The notes below the pieces were generated by a model. That model did no database searches, was not told the DNA's origin, and saw only the letters and a list, made by a program, of their open reading frames with translations. The position numbers were made by a program, and so were the translations under genes. From Prasinococcaceae sp. CCMP 1430 (Eukaryota > Plantae > Prasinodermophyta): 15,985 bases of DNA. The DNA is taken from the NCBI GenBank assembly GCA_013416795.1, contig RQSC01000018.1, positions 345,974 to 361,958 of the forward strand. Reading direction: 5' to 3'. This document shows, in pieces, positions 14,301 to 15,985 of this stretch. Within the stretch, counting starts at the first letter, position 1, and each line of letters opens with the position of its first letter.

Positions 14301-15985
14301 TCCACCCACCGCCACGCGGCCGGCTCGCCCTCCGGTGCTGCGCGCAGGAAGGTGGCCAGGTCGGCGAGGTCCCCGAGGCCGCGCGAGACGGGAGTGCCGG
14401 TGACGCACCACCGAATGTGTGCGCGCAGCCGCCGCGCCATGCGCGTGGCGTTGGAGAGCCCCTCGACCATCTGGGCCTCGTCAAGGCAGACGCGCCACCA
14501 GTCGATGCGGGTCAGCGGCGACGGCGTCGGCTTCCACCGCCGCGCGCCCGCCGCCGCGCGGTAGCTACCCTCCCTCCGAGGGGCGCTGCGCGCGAGCGCG
14601 TCGTCGTGGTGGAGGTCCTTGCGAAGCACGTCGTACGTGGTGAGCACGATGTCCGCGCACGCCAGCCGCGCGGCGCTCGCCCCGCCGTCGTGGTTGCGCG
14701 CCTTTGCCGAAGCGCCGGCGTACACCTCCACGCGCATGTGGGCGCCCGGGGCGATGTGGCGTGCAATCTCGCGGCGCCACTGGCCCAGAATGGTGGGCGG
14801 GCACACGATGAGCGTGGCGTTGGAGAGCTGGTTGCGTGGGGCTCGCGCGGCGAGGGCCGCCTGGCACGAGTTGCACACGAACTCGCCCAACGAGTCTTCT
14901 TCTTCTTCTTCTTCTTCTTGCCCCTCCTCGAGGAGAGGGGGGTGGGCCGGTTGTTGCCCAGGAGGGGACCACTCCGAGTGGTCTTCTTCCTGTCCTCCTT
15001 CTTCTTCTTCTGGGGGGGGTGTCGGATCGACGTCCATTGAGCCCTCGGCGCCGCGTGTCTCGGAGCCCATGGCGCCGCCGTCATTCGCCCCCCCGTCATT
15101 CGCGCGCTGGCGCTTGGGCGCACGCGCGCCGCCGCCATCGGCTCGAGAGTCGCGCCGCGGCCTTCGTCGCACCGTGTAGCCCACGCACGAGGCGTGCTGC
15201 CAGACGAGGCACGCGCGGCACTGCACCCACCTGCCGCCCACCGCATCGCTCTCCTCGTCGAAGGCGCCGCACATGCACCACGTGCGCTCCATTGGGACCA
15301 CGCCGGCGGCGCGCAGCGCCTCGGCCTCGGCCAGCCGCACGCGCTCGGCGCGCCCCGCCCGACTCGGCGCGCCCGGGCGCGGGTTCGCCACGATGCACGC
15401 CAGAACTTCGACCGTCTTGCCGAGGCCCATCTCGTCGCACAGGCAGCCGCCGCGCAGCGAAGGTGTGGGGGGGTGCGGAGTCGTAGGGGCGTCGGCGATG
15501 GGCGGCGGCCGCTCCGCGAGCACGCCCGTCTGCAGGCTCACCCAGAGGCACCGCTCTGCGCCCCCTTCGCGATGGGAGACTGCGAAGGGCCGCCAGTCGG
15601 GCCTGAAAGTTGTTGTGGCCGAAGCGGAAGCCCCCCGAGAAACGGCCGAAGCCAGCTCGGCCGCGCGCTCTTCGCCGGGACCGCCGCCCGTCGAAGAGCC
15701 GTCTTTTTCGTCTTTTTCGTCGTCGCAACAACCTCGTTCACGGCGCACCATCCAGCGCACGGCGCGGCGCTGGTACGGCCTCAGCGTGGGCGTGAGCTCC
15801 GGAAAGGCGCCCTCGACGCCCGGCAGCGCACTGGAGCGCGAGACGAGCCGCTGCAGGGCGGCCGTGTCGAAGGCGCGCGCCGGGGCGCGCGGCGCATCGG
15901 CCGCCCAGCGCGGCACCTCAGACTGGGCGAGGCGAAGAGCGCCCGACCCACATCGCGCTTGCGGCGGACGCGCACGGCATCGCCG
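11330..15985 (-). CDS. SHPRH: SHPRH E3 ubiquitin ligase / SNF2 ATPase (Rad5/16-like) with PHD and RING domains; 5' end outside the window
   Basis: LRPYQRRAVRWM, GGCLCDEMGLGKT, PHD (CMC...CRAC..WQHASC...CNSC), TLIVCP, VLTTYD, WWRVCLDEAQMV, VTGTPV, LRQACCHPQ, RING (CPIC...CGHLLC..C...CPEC), KILVFSEW and QAINRVHRIGQ. The frame is open from the 11330 stop to the window edge with no intron; the listed start at 15916 is a GTG, not an ATG. Confidence 0.95.
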   Translation of the reverse strand, partial: RRCRARPPQARCGSGALRLAQSEVPRWAADAPRAPARAFDTAALQRLVSRSSALPGVEGAFPELTPTLRPYQRRAVRWMVRRERGCCDDEKDEKDGSSTGGGPGEERAAELASAVSRGASASATTTFRPDWRPFAVSHREGGAERCLWVSLQTGVLAERPPPIADAPTTPHPPTPSLRGGCLCDEMGLGKTVEVLACIVANPRPGAPSRAGRAERVRLAEAEALRAAGVVPMERTWCMCGAFDEESDAVGGRWVQCRACLVWQHASCVGYTVRRRPRRDSRADGGGARAPKRQRANDGGANDGGAMGSETRGAEGSMDVDPTPPPEEEEGGQEEDHSEWSPPGQQPAHPPLLEEGQEEEEEEEDSLGEFVCNSCQAALAARAPRNQLSNATLIVCPPTILGQWRREIARHIAPGAHMRVEVYAGASAKARNHDGGASAARLACADIVLTTYDVLRKDLHHDDALARSAPRREGSYRAAAGARRWKPTPSPLTRIDWWRVCLDEAQMVEGLSNATRMARRLRAHIRWCVTGTPVSRGLGDLADLATFLRAAPEGEPAAWRWVERAYSCGDAAPLRAFARRVMWRSTKAEVEGELRLPPQSEGRQLVRFSAVERHFYDTQHRECLGKLATMVRRARGQSTILYELRDMPHLLRLRQACCHPQVGEHGIGRKTAAQQLGGGGEPMSMDDILDVLIARARVEAEDALRDVVGCLNGLAGLLLLSAEPGARADAIGRYREALQLSDEYRRDRDLRVDTDRLQTLHSLHNLAEALEGAGAAPVEPAGAVARTLRDASLREQADALRRAFLAERRATLMVKTDEHTRADAALAQLRRQAVAAGDDVCAHTSPWQPETWWLEALAAARSALGDDECVAAVRQHLDAGRQMGDNDGGNKHRTSSDMRSPFAQQSFTKCAGLQYVLAGELDALEDARCAYARARDALAGAARQPTERASHLAGHCILCRPPEVTAAGALIVPDAAELCLHCAQLRTLTAYEGRLFDLRALPKRRGVHLSMAQCISKIMSKAKSPHHDQLDSRGLIAALVGPEHEAVYEAQIFKRASDPELVLGFLLRHAPSDALREAGRRHLAELGAQRVDFLKSREMLEAGRNMLLAMDELSMSVMRMQLRAPSSDAPLSEYAALYMLGADELAARNVTVSSELSVHRAILRQSTSQLRYLTGLATAQRGASVAGKGGDQGDLSARSCPICQESLSSGDMSVLRCGHLLCASCCVALVERANKSAPRGAKARPIQCPECRARCDVEDVALVVRKGAPSQKAGGGWCGGEAVRATADAGRACGDGGRGVGVVLAPSAEAPAAAGAAAAQRADASQTPVVGPFADDPSLRVRGSYGAKIGAIVRRVVGILAGGGDFFDKILVFSEWASVLLLIEHALKVNGVPAARISSLRSYERELEAFRASAAGTGGPRVLLMPLRHGSAGLTLIEANHVVLVEPCLNPGTELQAINRVHRIGQTRPTFVHRFVVDKSVEVSIEDLKCRRRNAAAAAGGAGASQGAAEGGPRAGAAAEALTDAELRAILEGGADDASPAAGSRADSTECV

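Noticed and set aside
439-15040. Long antisense or alternate-frame ORFs (e.g. 439..1707, 8529..10595, 12512..15040, 7240..8451)
   Set aside because: Shadow ORFs expected from extreme GC3 bias. They are Arg/Ala/Pro-rich, have no recognisable motifs and overlap well-supported genes.

Overview
Eukaryotic nuclear DNA, very GC/CpG-rich, most likely from a green alga. The evidence is plastid-targeted DPE1 and PPD2 genes, GT-AG introns with CTGAC branch points, and prasinophyte-like CG-rich non-coding DNA; the organism call is inference. Three single Ns (2103, 7429, 8112) behave like scaffold gaps and truncate genes. In order: 4-alpha-glucanotransferase DPE1 (-), whose 5' end is replaced at an abrupt junction (~1626-1630) by a fragment of a TMEM260/DUF2723 O-mannosyltransferase-like gene. 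Then a ~900 bp non-coding island (A50, G-tracts, hairpins, and a 31/62-bp dimeric satellite between direct repeats), a spliced Pmp-repeat beta-helix gene (+), PPD2 (+), an animal/fungal-type BCAT (-) and a cold-shock/PPR-like fragment (-). These are followed by a frameshifted orphan ORF, an intronless TIGR03492-family (cyanobacterial LpxB-related) glycosyltransferase with a hydrophobic N-terminal extension (+), and a plant-type SHPRH (-) running off the window end. The most notable item is the nuclear copy of the otherwise cyanobacterial/Deinococcus TIGR03492 family.
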